Shown piece by piece: positions 21,384 through 30,989 of a DNA stretch of 64,000 nucleotides. The stretch's first letter is position 1, and every line of letters begins with the position of its first letter. The translations under genes were made by a program, and so were the position numbers. Below the pieces are notes generated by a model that ran no database searches, was not told where the DNA came from, and saw only the letters and a program-made list of their open reading frames with translations. The stretch lies in contig JASFYH010000007.1 of NCBI GenBank assembly GCA_030055595.1, positions 662 through 64,661 of the forward strand, given 5' to 3'. Origin of the DNA: Archaeoglobales archaeon (GTDB taxonomy: Archaea > Halobacteriota > Archaeoglobi > Archaeoglobales > Archaeoglobaceae).

Positions 21384-22613
21384 TTATTTTTCTCTTTTTG
21401 TAAGCAAAAACGTCAAAACCTCTTGAAATCTCAACTCTTCTATAGTTTCCATGATCCTTATTAACTGTTTTTCGACTTCTTTAATTGCCCTATCCACCCC
21501 GATCTCATTTGCTATCTCCACATAACCCATCGCAATTGCTAAGGGGTTCCTAAGTCTGTCAGACAAGTTCTCAAACTGCTTTAAGTTTTCGATTAGCAAA
21601 TTGGACATGATCTTTCTTTCCCTCTCCGCTTTATAATGTGCAATCGCAAAGCCAAGATCTTCGCTTAGCTGTGAAAAAACCTTCAATTCGTTTTCCGTTA
21701 GGTCTCCAATAGAGCAGAATACGAGAACACCGAGAACTTTCCCCCCATATGTCATCGGAATAACAAGAGTCTTTCCTTTCGATCTCTCGCAACTGCAGAG
21801 CTCATACTTAAATTCGATCCGATCCTTAATCCTGCATTCCGAAGCCAAAGGAGTTGCTTCCAACAATTTCCCACTTTCATAAAGCCAAACAAAGGCTCTG
21901 ATCCCAAAGCTCTTTAGAATTTCACAAACCCTCTGGAACAGTGAATACTCGTCTCTTTCTCTAAAAACCTGCTGGTTGATCTGTGTTAAAACCTGCATTG
22001 CCCGATTTGTTCTCTCAAGTTCTTCTTGCAGTATGACTCTCTCTGTAACGTCTCTCGCCACACCTTCGCCACCCACTACCTTTCCACTGACGATTCGGGG
22101 CCACTCTGTAACTTCAACAAATCTTAACTCACCCTTAGTATTTTTTGCTTTAAAAACGAATCTAACAATTTCACCATTCAGAACTTTTCTAAAATTTTCT
22201 CTGAGAACCTCTATTTGGTCTTCAAATGCCAAAACCCTCGAATTTCTCCCTAATAGTTCCTCTCTTCGATAACCCATAATTTCGTAGGTTGGATTTACAT
22301 CTATGAATCTACCTTTTTGATCAAGAATAAAGAAGAAGTCTTTCCCTTCTTTAAAAAATCTTTCATAAACCCCAAGAACCTCCATGTTTCTCTGCTCCTG
22401 AGTGTAGTCCATAGCGAATACGATCTCGAAATTCTCAAATTTTGCAGTAAACAACTTATATAGACGATCACCAATAAAAATTTTCTCCTCGTTCTTTAAC
22501 TCTGGTGTTAATCCAATCTCCTTAGCACGCTTATTTTTATACAAAACAGATCTACCATCACTAATGACCACCGCTAATGGCAAATCTTCGAGTAAACGAT
22601 GAAAGTCGAACAT
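21384..22613 (-). CDS. PAS-PAS-GAF sensor protein with a C-terminal HisKA-like helix but no ATPase domain
   Basis: 409 aa. PAS core (FFFILDQKGRFIDVNPTYEIMGYRREELLGRN). A GAF-like block. The C-terminal H-box-like LSDRLRNPLAIAMGYVEI has Asp where the phospho-His is expected. The protein ends 58 aa later. Confidence 0.7.
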   Translation of the reverse strand: MFDFHRLLEDLPLAVVISDGRSVLYKNKRAKEIGLTPELKNEEKIFIGDRLYKLFTAKFENFEIVFAMDYTQEQRNMEVLGVYERFFKEGKDFFFILDQKGRFIDVNPTYEIMGYRREELLGRNSRVLAFEDQIEVLRENFRKVLNGEIVRFVFKAKNTKGELRFVEVTEWPRIVSGKVVGGEGVARDVTERVILQEELERTNRAMQVLTQINQQVFRERDEYSLFQRVCEILKSFGIRAFVWLYESGKLLEATPLASECRIKDRIEFKYELCSCERSKGKTLVIPMTYGGKVLGVLVFCSIGDLTENELKVFSQLSEDLGFAIAHYKAERERKIMSNLLIENLKQFENLSDRLRNPLAIAMGYVEIANEIGVDRAIKEVEKQLIRIMETIEELRFQEVLTFLLTKREK

Positions 22614-22791
22614 GATGAATTTTTGCCATTCTACTATTTATAACTTTTCATACAAGCCATCTATAAGAAAAAATGAATTTTACATATCTAAGTTTATCTT
22701 AAATATACTCATTTTAATTCAAATTAGTCTTAAATGTCATCATTCCCCATTAACACCCATCCGCTAAATTTTTAAACTGTAAAGAATTTTT

Positions 22792-23307
22792 GTGGAGATC
22801 TACGTTTTACGCTTGGGTCATCGAATTGGAAGAGATCAGCGGATCTCAACTCACGTCGCACTGACCGCACGAGCATTTGGTGCTAAGGGTATTTACTTCA
22901 CTCGGAGCGATAAAAATCTGTTTGAAAGCGTTAGAAAAGTCGTGGAGATTTGGGGAGGGGAATTCTTCATCGAAACTACTGAATGGAGAAGATTGCTTCG
23001 CAGTTTTGATGGGTTAAAAGTCCATTTAACTATGTATGGTATTCCATTGCCAGAAAAAATGGAAGAGATCAAAAAAGCTCAAAAAGTTCTTGTTGTGGTC
23101 GGAGCTGAGAAAGTGCCCAAGGAAGTCTATGAGCTCTGCGATCTTAATATTTCAATTGGCACACAACCCCACAGCGAGGTCTCAGCATTAGCGGTTTTTC
23201 TTGAAAAAGTTCTTGGTGTCGTTTTTAATCTAAGCTTCGAGAATGCTAAGCTTAAAATCATCCCGTGTGCGAGAGGTAAAAAAGTTTTAAAGGTAGGGGA
23301 TCAGTAA
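22792..23307 (+). CDS. tRNA (cytidine56-2'-O)-methyltransferase aTrm56 (SPOUT)
   Basis: 171 aa, GTG start. VLRLGHRIGRDQRISTHVALTARAFGA is the aTrm56 N-terminal signature. Confidence 0.8.
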   Translation: MEIYVLRLGHRIGRDQRISTHVALTARAFGAKGIYFTRSDKNLFESVRKVVEIWGGEFFIETTEWRRLLRSFDGLKVHLTMYGIPLPEKMEEIKKAQKVLVVVGAEKVPKEVYELCDLNISIGTQPHSEVSALAVFLEKVLGVVFNLSFENAKLKIIPCARGKKVLKVGDQ

Positions 23308-23312
23308 ATGCT

Positions 23313-24650
23313 ATGATCCATCCAATTGAGTATCGCTACGGAACCAAAGAAATGAAGAGGATCTGGAGCGAAGAGAGTAAGATCAAAAGAATGATCCGCG
23401 TTGAGATTGCTCTCCTCAAAGCTCTTGCGAAAAAGGGGTATCTGAGCAAAGAAGAAGTTGAGAATGTTCGTAGAAAAGCGATCAAGATCAAGCCGGAGAG
23501 GGTCAAAGAGATCGAGGACGAGATCAGGCACGATATAATGGCTTTGGTTAGATCGATCAGTGAGGTTGCTGAATGCAGGTGGATCCACTTTGGAGCAACT
23601 TCGAACGACATAATAGACACCGCCACAGCAACACAGCTCAGAGACAGTGTTCTGATCTTGGAAGAGAAAATAAAGAAATTAGCACTGCTTTTAGCCGAAA
23701 AGGCTATTGAATTCAAAGAAGTTGTTTGCCTCGGTAGAACCCATGGACAGGCTGCTCTGCCAACTACTTACGGCTTCAGGTTCGCAGTATGGGCATCAGA
23801 AGTTGCGAGGCACTATATAAGACTCAAGCAGATGAAGCAAAGGCTCCTTGTTGGAAAAATGAGCGGTGCGGTTGGCACACAAGCGGGATTTGGCAAAGAT
23901 GGTTTTGAGATCGAAAATGAAGTCATGAGGCTCCTAAACCTGAAACCAGTGATCATATCGACCCAAGTCATCCCGAGGGACATTTACTGCGAATATATTG
24001 AGTTTTTGGCAAATTTGGCTACAACACTTGAGAAAATTGCTGTTAATATAAGATTACTGCAGAGAGCGGAAGTCGCTGAAATAATGGAGAAATTTGATGC
24101 AAAGCAGGTGGGAAGCTCTACAATGCCTCACAAGAGAAATCCGATCGACAGCGAGAACGTTTGTGGACTTGCAAGAATTGTTAGAGGCTTTGTAGAACCA
24201 CAGCACCAGTCTGCAATCCTCTGGGAGGAAAGAGATTTGACAAACTCCTCGGCAGAAAGAATAACTCTGCTTGAAGCCACAATTTTAACTGATCACATTC
24301 TAACGAAGCTCACTAAGGTCATCTCGGGCATAGCTATTGACTTGGAGAACGTTAGAAGAAATCTCGAATCACAGAAAGGGTTGAATTTGAGTGAGGCGGT
24401 TATGATCGAGTTAACCAAGAGAGGTGCTGACAGGCAAGTGGCACATGAGCTTCTAAGAAATGCTTCTATGAGAGCTTACGCGAATCAAAGCTCTCTTTTA
24501 GATGAACTCCTGAAAGATGACGAGCTTCTGAAACATCTCACCAAAGAAGAACTTGTAGAAATTCTCAAACCTGAAAAATATCTTGGCACCGCCTTTGAAA
24601 GAACTGAAAAAGTTGTAGAGTGGATAAGAAATGTTGTAAATGAGGGCTGA
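23313..24650 (+). CDS. purB: Adenylosuccinate lyase
   Basis: 445 aa. GATSNDIIDTA and SSTMPHKRNP signature loop. Confidence 0.95.
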   Translation: MIHPIEYRYGTKEMKRIWSEESKIKRMIRVEIALLKALAKKGYLSKEEVENVRRKAIKIKPERVKEIEDEIRHDIMALVRSISEVAECRWIHFGATSNDIIDTATATQLRDSVLILEEKIKKLALLLAEKAIEFKEVVCLGRTHGQAALPTTYGFRFAVWASEVARHYIRLKQMKQRLLVGKMSGAVGTQAGFGKDGFEIENEVMRLLNLKPVIISTQVIPRDIYCEYIEFLANLATTLEKIAVNIRLLQRAEVAEIMEKFDAKQVGSSTMPHKRNPIDSENVCGLARIVRGFVEPQHQSAILWEERDLTNSSAERITLLEATILTDHILTKLTKVISGIAIDLENVRRNLESQKGLNLSEAVMIELTKRGADRQVAHELLRNASMRAYANQSSLLDELLKDDELLKHLTKEELVEILKPEKYLGTAFERTEKVVEWIRNVVNEG

Positions 24651-25569
24651 AGATAAAATAGTCTCTCTTTTAGAGAATGCAAAGGATAGGGGAGAGCTAC
24701 AGGGACACATAGCACGGAAGTTGAATCTATCGAAATCCACAGTTTCCGAGATCTTATCTCTTCTGGAAGAAAAAAGAGAGATCGTAAGGCTGGAGATCTC
24801 ACCAAAGTCCTATCGCGTGTGGCTCACAAAGTATTGTCCCCAGCCAGTTGAGGGAGTGTTGAGGATAGGAATTTTAAAAGCAAGTGAATATGCAAGAGTC
24901 GTTTCTGCTGGTGAAAAAGTTGGAGCGATCTTCAGAGTTTACCGAAATGGCATCGAAGCTACAAAAGATCTCGTTCATGGGGTTGTCGACGTGGTTGCAA
25001 GTCCTTTCATTACCCAAGCATTTTTTGGCGTTTTGATGAAAAATATAATGATCTTCAGAGCGGTGGCGATGAATGGCAGTGGTGTTGCCCTTTCGAACGG
25101 TAAAGGGTTTGGATGTTCTGAGCTATCGACGATGGAAAGAATTCTTAGGAAATTTATGAGAGCAAAAGGCATTGAAGACAGGATCAGATTCTTCAATTCT
25201 GCGGAAGAGATGATCTTGGAACTTCCGAATATGAGAGGAATTGCAGTCTGGGAGCCTTATCTTTCTATGATCTCTGAGCAAGTAGAATACTTCGATTCCG
25301 TGCTCGGAGATTTCGTTTGTTGCACACTTGCTGTGAACAATGAATTCCTCGAGAAAAACAAAGAGCTATTTGAGGATTTCTTAGGAAAATATGATAAAAG
25401 CAGGACGAGAGAGGGAGTGGAGAGGTTGGCGGAACTTACGGGTTTTTCAAAGGATCTCATTGCCAAGTCACTTTTAAGCTATAACTTCGAGGTCAGCATT
25501 GAAGATCTGAGAAGAGAGAGTGAAGACTTAAGATTTGGTGGGATCGAAGAGATCCTTCGCTTTTATTAG
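24640..25569 (+). CDS. One-component regulator candidate: N-terminal wHTH fused to a periplasmic-binding-protein-like (NMT1/SsuA-like) domain
   Basis: 309 aa. The first ~55 aa (GHIARKLNLSKSTVSEILSLLEEKREIV) form a wHTH. The remainder has an alternating beta-alpha pattern like type 2 PBPs. No signal peptide. The domain call for the C-terminal part is tentative. Confidence 0.5.
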   Translation: MRAEDKIVSLLENAKDRGELQGHIARKLNLSKSTVSEILSLLEEKREIVRLEISPKSYRVWLTKYCPQPVEGVLRIGILKASEYARVVSAGEKVGAIFRVYRNGIEATKDLVHGVVDVVASPFITQAFFGVLMKNIMIFRAVAMNGSGVALSNGKGFGCSELSTMERILRKFMRAKGIEDRIRFFNSAEEMILELPNMRGIAVWEPYLSMISEQVEYFDSVLGDFVCCTLAVNNEFLEKNKELFEDFLGKYDKSRTREGVERLAELTGFSKDLIAKSLLSYNFEVSIEDLRRESEDLRFGGIEEILRFY

Positions 25570-26049
25570 ATCGCTCAGTTTCAAAACACTTTCAAATTTC
25601 ATTCCGGATTCCTCTCTGTCTACAACCGCCACGAGCGTTACAACTTTTCCGCCTTTTTTCTTTACCCTCTCAGCTACCGAAAGAGCGGACTTTCCGGTTG
25701 TGATCACGTCTTCGACTACCGCAATTCTTTCGCCCTCTCTTATTTCCCCGATCATGTCTCCTCCCAGCCCATAATTCTTAAGCTCCTTCCTGAAGATAAC
25801 GAGCGGTTTTTTGGTTTTTAAGGATACTGCAGTAGCTATTGGAACTCCACCAAGCTCTATACATGCTATTCTGTCTACTTCGTATTTCTTGAGAATTTCC
25901 GCTATCTCTGACCCAATCATTTCCAAGATCTCTGGATAAGTTACTGCAAGCTTTATATCCACATAAACGTTGCTTTTTTTCCCCGAAGAGAGAATGAAAT
26001 CCCCAAACTTCAGCGCCCCGACTTCGATCAATCTTCGCACAAGTTTCAC
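25528..26049 (-). CDS. pyrE: Orotate phosphoribosyltransferase
   Basis: 173 aa. GDFILSSGKKSNVYVD and PRPP-binding VAVVEDVITTGKS. Confidence 0.9.
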   Translation of the reverse strand: MKLVRRLIEVGALKFGDFILSSGKKSNVYVDIKLAVTYPEILEMIGSEIAEILKKYEVDRIACIELGGVPIATAVSLKTKKPLVIFRKELKNYGLGGDMIGEIREGERIAVVEDVITTGKSALSVAERVKKKGGKVVTLVAVVDREESGMKFESVLKLSDLIKAKDLFDPTKS

Positions 26050-26162
26050 GGTGATCCCTATTCGTCTTATTATAAATCTTCTTCCTTTTGCTATTGGAAA
26101 ATAAAGGGTGGAAGGACTGTAAGATTTATATCTCCTTTGAGTTCAGGCAATTTGGTGATTTC

Positions 26163-27359
26163 ATGCCAAACATAGTCGTTGAAGAGCTCATCCATACTCC
26201 AACTGAAGAGCAAAAGGTTGAATTAGTTGAAAGAAAAGGAATAGGGCATCCTGACAGCCTTGCAGACGGGATTGCGGAAAGCATGAGCAGGGAGCTTTGC
26301 AAGGAATACCTAAAGCGTTTCGGGGTAGTGATGCACCACAACACCGACGAGACTCAAATCATTGCGGGAAAGTCGAGCCCGAGATTTGGCGGTGGAGAAG
26401 TTATAGAGCCAATCTACATAATCCTTGTGGGAAGAGCAACAAAGAAAGTTGGGAACGAGGCAATTCCAACAGATAAAGTTGCTTTAAATGCGGCAAAGAA
26501 ATACGTGAAGAGTGCGATGCGATATCTTGATCCAGAGCTCGATGTCGTATTCGATGTTCGCCTTGGCGAGGGCAGTGCGGATTTGCAGGATGTTTTTAAG
26601 AGAAAAAAAGAGATTCCGCTTGCAAATGACACTTCATTTGGTATAGGCTTTGCACCTCTTTCAGAAACCGAAAAATTGGTTCTGAATGCAGAAAGAAGAA
26701 TTTACGAGGAATTAAGGAAGAAAGTTCCCGCAATAGGAGAAGACATAAAGGTAATGGGGCTTAGAGAAAAGGATAAGATAAAGCTAACCGTTGCGGTTGC
26801 GATGATTGACCAATTTGTGAATAATTTAAGTGAATACGATGCGGTTAAGAGCGAAATTACTGCCTTTCTAAAGGAAATTTCAGCAGATTATACTTCTCGA
26901 GAGGTTGAGGTTTTTGTGAATACTGCGGACGATTACTCCACGAATAGCGTTTATCTTACTGTTACTGGGACTTCTGCGGAGAATGGCGACGACGGGAACG
27001 TTGGAAGAGGGAATAGATGCAATGGTCTGATAACTCCAGGAAGACCGATGAGCATGGAAGCGACGAGCGGAAAGAACCCGATAAACCATGTTGGAAAGCT
27101 ATACAATCTGCTCTCCAACATGATTGCAAATAGATGCTATGAAGAAGTTGAAGGCATTCGTGAGGTGTATGTAAGAATTCTTAGCCAGATCGGTAAGCCT
27201 ATAAACGATCCCAAGGTTTTAAGCATTCAAATAATCCCGCAGAAAGGTTACACGATTGAAAAACTTGATCGCAGAGTCAGAGAAATTGCGGAAGAGATGA
27301 TCGGGAATATAACGAAGCTTACTGACAAAATAGTCAAAGGGGAGATCAAGACTTTTTAA
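26163..27359 (+). CDS. mat: Archaeal-type S-adenosylmethionine synthetase
   Basis: ORF track starts at 26088. The ATG at 26163 gives MPNIVVEEL...[18 protein letters not shown], the conserved archaeal MAT N-terminus. Confidence 0.9.
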   Translation: MPNIVVEELIHTPTEEQKVELVERKGIGHPDSLADGIAESMSRELCKEYLKRFGVVMHHNTDETQIIAGKSSPRFGGGEVIEPIYIILVGRATKKVGNEAIPTDKVALNAAKKYVKSAMRYLDPELDVVFDVRLGEGSADLQDVFKRKKEIPLANDTSFGIGFAPLSETEKLVLNAERRIYEELRKKVPAIGEDIKVMGLREKDKIKLTVAVAMIDQFVNNLSEYDAVKSEITAFLKEISADYTSREVEVFVNTADDYSTNSVYLTVTGTSAENGDDGNVGRGNRCNGLITPGRPMSMEATSGKNPINHVGKLYNLLSNMIANRCYEEVEGIREVYVRILSQIGKPINDPKVLSIQIIPQKGYTIEKLDRRVREIAEEMIGNITKLTDKIVKGEIKTF

Positions 27360-28482
27360 AATTCTCTATAATTTTCCTGTATATTTTTGTTGCAAGCCTA
27401 AGCTCTGAAATGTAGACGAATTCGTCTTCGCTGTGCAGATTTTCGCCTCCAGGACCGAAGTAAAATGCTGGAATTCCGAATTTTCTAACATGTCTTGTAT
27501 CGCCAACTCCCAAGCTGAAGACAGCTCTTGGGTTAAGGGCTTCCGATCTAATTGCATCCAATATGGCCCTTAGAAGCCTTAGATCATTTTCGAGCGGAAC
27601 GCTATCCGCAAGAATTCCGTAAGCGGGAAGAAATCCAGATACTTTAAAATTCAAACCCTCTCTGCTAAAAATTTGCAGAACTTTTTCGACGCTAATCCAG
27701 GGGGCAAATCTGATGTCCGCAGAGAGCTCGCATTTTGGAGCGACTACATTCCTCTTAATGCCTCCCTTAATTATGGATGGATTAAAGACCGCTTCCCAGG
27801 TTTTTATAACGAATGGGATTCCAAGCCCCTCGAACAGGTTTTTGTAAGGTTCATAGTTGCCTTTTAGGCTCTTAAAAAGATCTGGAATTTCGGTAATGAA
27901 CTTCGAGGCTTTAAAAATAGCTCCATCTCTTGCATCCCTCGTTGCTGTGTGCCCGTCTTTTCCTTCGAATTCTATGTCTAATGCGAGAACGCATGCCTGA
28001 AGAACGTTAATTGAGCTACATCCTGTTGGCTCTCCTATCACAACCGCATCGCATTTCTCAGCTTCAAACACCTTTTTGAGCCCATTCCTGCCACCAACTT
28101 CTTCATCTGCAGTAAAAGCTACCTTTAATCCAACCCCGATATCCTCAAGTTTGAGAACCGCACTGCAAATAGACGCAACACAGCCCTTTGCGTCGCAACT
28201 ACCTCGCCCATAAAGCTTTCCATTCACAGTTATCGGATTCAAAAGCTCGTCTCCACACGGAACTGTGTCCAAATGGGAAGATAGCATTAGAGTCTTTTCT
28301 CCTTTAGAAATCTCAACTAATAGGCTCTCTTTTCCTTCATTCTCGTATTTTTTAGTCTTAAATGAAGAAAAAAGCTTCTCAAGAAAATCAACCGCCTGAG
28401 AAGTATCTCCCGGAGGATTTCTTGTGTCGATCTTTATCAGCTCTTTTGTGAGCTCAACCTCGTCTATTTCCAGCTGAGACAC
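27346..28482 (-). CDS. M20-family metallohydrolase (ArgE/DapE/LysK-type deacylase)
   Basis: 378 aa. SHLDTVP, GRGSCDAKG, ADEEVGG metal-ligand motifs. Confidence 0.8.
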   Translation of the reverse strand: MSQLEIDEVELTKELIKIDTRNPPGDTSQAVDFLEKLFSSFKTKKYENEGKESLLVEISKGEKTLMLSSHLDTVPCGDELLNPITVNGKLYGRGSCDAKGCVASICSAVLKLEDIGVGLKVAFTADEEVGGRNGLKKVFEAEKCDAVVIGEPTGCSSINVLQACVLALDIEFEGKDGHTATRDARDGAIFKASKFITEIPDLFKSLKGNYEPYKNLFEGLGIPFVIKTWEAVFNPSIIKGGIKRNVVAPKCELSADIRFAPWISVEKVLQIFSREGLNFKVSGFLPAYGILADSVPLENDLRLLRAILDAIRSEALNPRAVFSLGVGDTRHVRKFGIPAFYFGPGGENLHSEDEFVYISELRLATKIYRKIIENFKKS

Positions 28483-29861
28483 CTCCTGAAAGCTTCTGGA
28501 AGCATTTCAATTAGATGCGTGGAAGTGTAATTGTAGCCGAACTTCTCAAGGCATAGATCTCCAGCGAAGCCGTTTATGAATGCTCCAGCACATGCAGAAT
28601 GAAAAGCGTCGTCAAGGCAAAGCAGTGCACCGCAAATTCCAGCAAGAACATCTCCAGTGCCACCAACGGTCATCCCTGCATTTCCTGTTCTGTTCACCTT
28701 TGTGCGATAGCCATCTGTAATCACGTCTTCCTTTCCTTTCAGCAGAACAACCGCTCCTATTTCTTTTGCAACCTTCTGAACATCCTTTGGCTCTGCGTTG
28801 AAGTTCTTTTTCAGCTCTCCTCTGTGCGGAGTTAATATGCACTCAACCCCTTCGGGAATATTCCCCGTAATTCCTTCAGCATCAAGAACCGCCTTTTTAC
28901 AGCTCTTTAATAGCTCTTCAACGAATTCTTTGAATTCAGGATTCTCACCGACTCCCATTCCAATTACCACTACATCACATCTCTTAACAATCTCCTCAGC
29001 TTCTTTCAGATTTTTCGGAGTTATTTTATCTCCTCTTAATCCCCTGACGATCAGATTAGGGCTGAAGCTTGCAACCACGCCTTTTATGCTCTCGGGAACA
29101 GCGGTTATCACTATGTCCGCTCCCGCATGATATGCGGAGAGACTTGCAAATGCCACCGCTCCAGTGTAGTCGCCACCACCGATCACTGCAACCCTTCCGT
29201 GCATTCCTTTGTGCCCCTCTTCAAATCTTTTGTAAGTTGCGACGAGATCTCCGACTCCGCATAGCTTTTCAAATTGCTCAGGGATTCCAATGTCCTTAAC
29301 CACAACTTCTCCGCAGATCTCCTTCGCTTTCAGAATTCCGGGCTTCATTTTGTGAAAAGTCACCGTTAGATCAGCCTTTACCGCAAGCTCATACTCGCCA
29401 GTGTCCGCATTTAGCCCGCTCGGAACATCGACAGCAACTTTAAAGGCTTCCATGCTATTTATGAGCTCAATAGCCTTTGCATACTCTCTTCTTGGCTTTC
29501 CCGCAATTCCTGTGCCAAGCAATGCATCGACAACGATCTCAGCGTCGCATTCAGAGATCTTTTGAATTTTGTAGTTTGCTTTCTGCAGAATTTCAAAGTT
29601 CTTCATCGCAATCTCTGTCTTTGGTTCTCCCGCTAAGTAGATCTCGACTTCAAAGCCTTTGAGATGCCTTGCTGTTACAAATCCATCTCCACCGTTGTTG
29701 CCACTGCCCGCAAAAATTGTAACTTTTCCACCTTTAACTCTCTTCATGATCTCTTCAGCAACCGCTTTTCCCGCATTTTCCATCAGTTGAAGCCTGCTCA
29801 AGCCGAAGTATTCGCAATTCAGATCGAGAATTCGCATGTCCTTGGAGTTTATTGTTTCCAT
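28464..29861 (-). CDS. nnr: Bifunctional NAD(P)H-hydrate repair enzyme (epimerase plus ADP-dependent dehydratase)
   Basis: 465 aa. YjeF_N domain (GSGNNGGDGFV) plus carbohydrate-kinase-like C-domain (GNAGMTVGGTGDVLAG). Confidence 0.85.
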   Translation of the reverse strand: METINSKDMRILDLNCEYFGLSRLQLMENAGKAVAEEIMKRVKGGKVTIFAGSGNNGGDGFVTARHLKGFEVEIYLAGEPKTEIAMKNFEILQKANYKIQKISECDAEIVVDALLGTGIAGKPRREYAKAIELINSMEAFKVAVDVPSGLNADTGEYELAVKADLTVTFHKMKPGILKAKEICGEVVVKDIGIPEQFEKLCGVGDLVATYKRFEEGHKGMHGRVAVIGGGDYTGAVAFASLSAYHAGADIVITAVPESIKGVVASFSPNLIVRGLRGDKITPKNLKEAEEIVKRCDVVVIGMGVGENPEFKEFVEELLKSCKKAVLDAEGITGNIPEGVECILTPHRGELKKNFNAEPKDVQKVAKEIGAVVLLKGKEDVITDGYRTKVNRTGNAGMTVGGTGDVLAGICGALLCLDDAFHSACAGAFINGFAGDLCLEKFGYNYTSTHLIEMLPEAFRRCLSWK

Positions 29862-29906
29862 CAGATTTTAATTGGCATGAAGCTTAAATTTTTTGCTGAG
29901 CCTTGA

Positions 29907-30454
29907 GTGAGCGGTCATAAACACCGCAGGCAAATCGAAATTGTGGATCTCGATAAGGTAATTGAATTCGTGCTAAGCAGACAGAATGAAGATGGGGGCT
30001 TTACGATCTGCAAGCCTTTACCCTCAAATCTGTCCGATACTTTCTATGCGGTTAGGATCCTTAAAATCCTTAATGCAGAAATCCCAAAAGAAGAGAAACT
30101 GTTGGATTTTCTGAGAAACAACAATAGCAAGGATTTGCATTCTCTATATTTTGTTTTGAACTCCCTTAATGATTTGGGAGTTAAAGTTCCAGACTACAGC
30201 GATTACCTAATAAGAATTCAAAATTTTGCTGAAAGAGATGATAGCGGGTTTTTTAGTGCTTGGAAGACACTTTTTACGCTTTAAGCTGTTTTGCGGTCTG
30301 CGACGAATATTTTAAGGATTTTGAAACCGCAGAATTCGTTGAAAATCTTCAGAATTACAACGGCGGTTTCAGAAGGAGTGTTTACGGAGGAATTTCAACT
30401 CTTGAGGACACGTATTATGCGGTTTCTATTCTTAAGTTTTTAAGAGTCTTGTAA
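29907..30454 (+). pseudogene. Prenyltransferase/squalene-oxidase-repeat protein interrupted by a frameshift (two ORFs, 29907-30284 and 30260-30454)
   Basis: A repeat unit (Q/N)xxxGGF...(S/E)DT(F/Y)YA(V/L) occurs in both ORFs: QNEDGGF..SDTFYAVRILKIL, DDSGFF.., EDTFYALSCFAV, NYNGGFRR..EDTYYAVSILKFL. The frames join if one base is restored near 30257-30260. Confidence 0.5.
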
Positions 30455-30473
30455 TGCCTTTTATTTTTGTGAA

Positions 30474-30827
30474 ATGCTTTTTTGGGTTGATTTTAGGGTA
30501 AAAATTAAAATCTTGTCCGAGACTTGTATTGTGGTATTCAGCGGAAGACACAAGACTGTAATTGGAGACAGGGAAGGATTAAGGCTAATTGGAGAAATAC
30601 TGTCACATAGTGGTGTAAAGAGAGTAATTTTCGGCAGAATAGAAAACAAAGGGGCAAGAACTGGACACGGGCTGAGGTTCAAGATCACGAGAGTTGATGA
30701 AAGAGGCAATATTAGGGCAATCCTTTCATATGGTTCCTCAAATCAGGAAATTCACATTATTACTACTGCTAAGGATAGGGAAGAGGGTTTGAAAATAGCA
30801 AAAGAGCTTTCGGAGCTCTGGCTCTAA
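30474..30827 (+). CDS. Hypothetical protein (117 aa), no family recognised
   Basis: ORF with ATG start and balanced composition. Followed by a 7-bp hairpin. Confidence 0.4.
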   Translation: MLFWVDFRVKIKILSETCIVVFSGRHKTVIGDREGLRLIGEILSHSGVKRVIFGRIENKGARTGHGLRFKITRVDERGNIRAILSYGSSNQEIHIITTAKDREEGLKIAKELSELWL

Positions 30828-30842
30828 TTTTTGTGAAAATAA

Positions 30843-30864
30843 GAAGCGTAATTAGAAACGCTTC
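30843..30864. repeat. Perfect 7-bp inverted repeat GAAGCGT-N8-ACGCTTC (possible 3'-end hairpin)
   Basis: Read directly from the sequence, 16 nt after the stop of the 117-aa ORF. Confidence 0.4.
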
Positions 30865-30989
30865 GCTTCAAAAATTCGCATGATCTTTCCTAAATTTTAA
30901 GCTTTTTTAGTGATTTTACGGATTTTTGATTGGAAAGGCTTATATACTGTCATAGTAATGGAAAAGAAAACTTAAAAGGAGGGTTTGAA

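Noticed and set aside
26088-26162. 25-codon N-terminal extension of the SAM synthetase ORF
   Set aside because: The conserved archaeal MAT N-terminus begins at the ATG at 26163 (MPNIVVEE). The extension starts at a non-ATG codon and reads as non-conserved sequence.
30930-30989. Longer SpoVG ORF starting at 30930
   Set aside because: The TATA-like element (30940-30946) and the GGAGG site (30978-30982) lie inside this extension. SpoVG homology begins right after the TTG at 30990.
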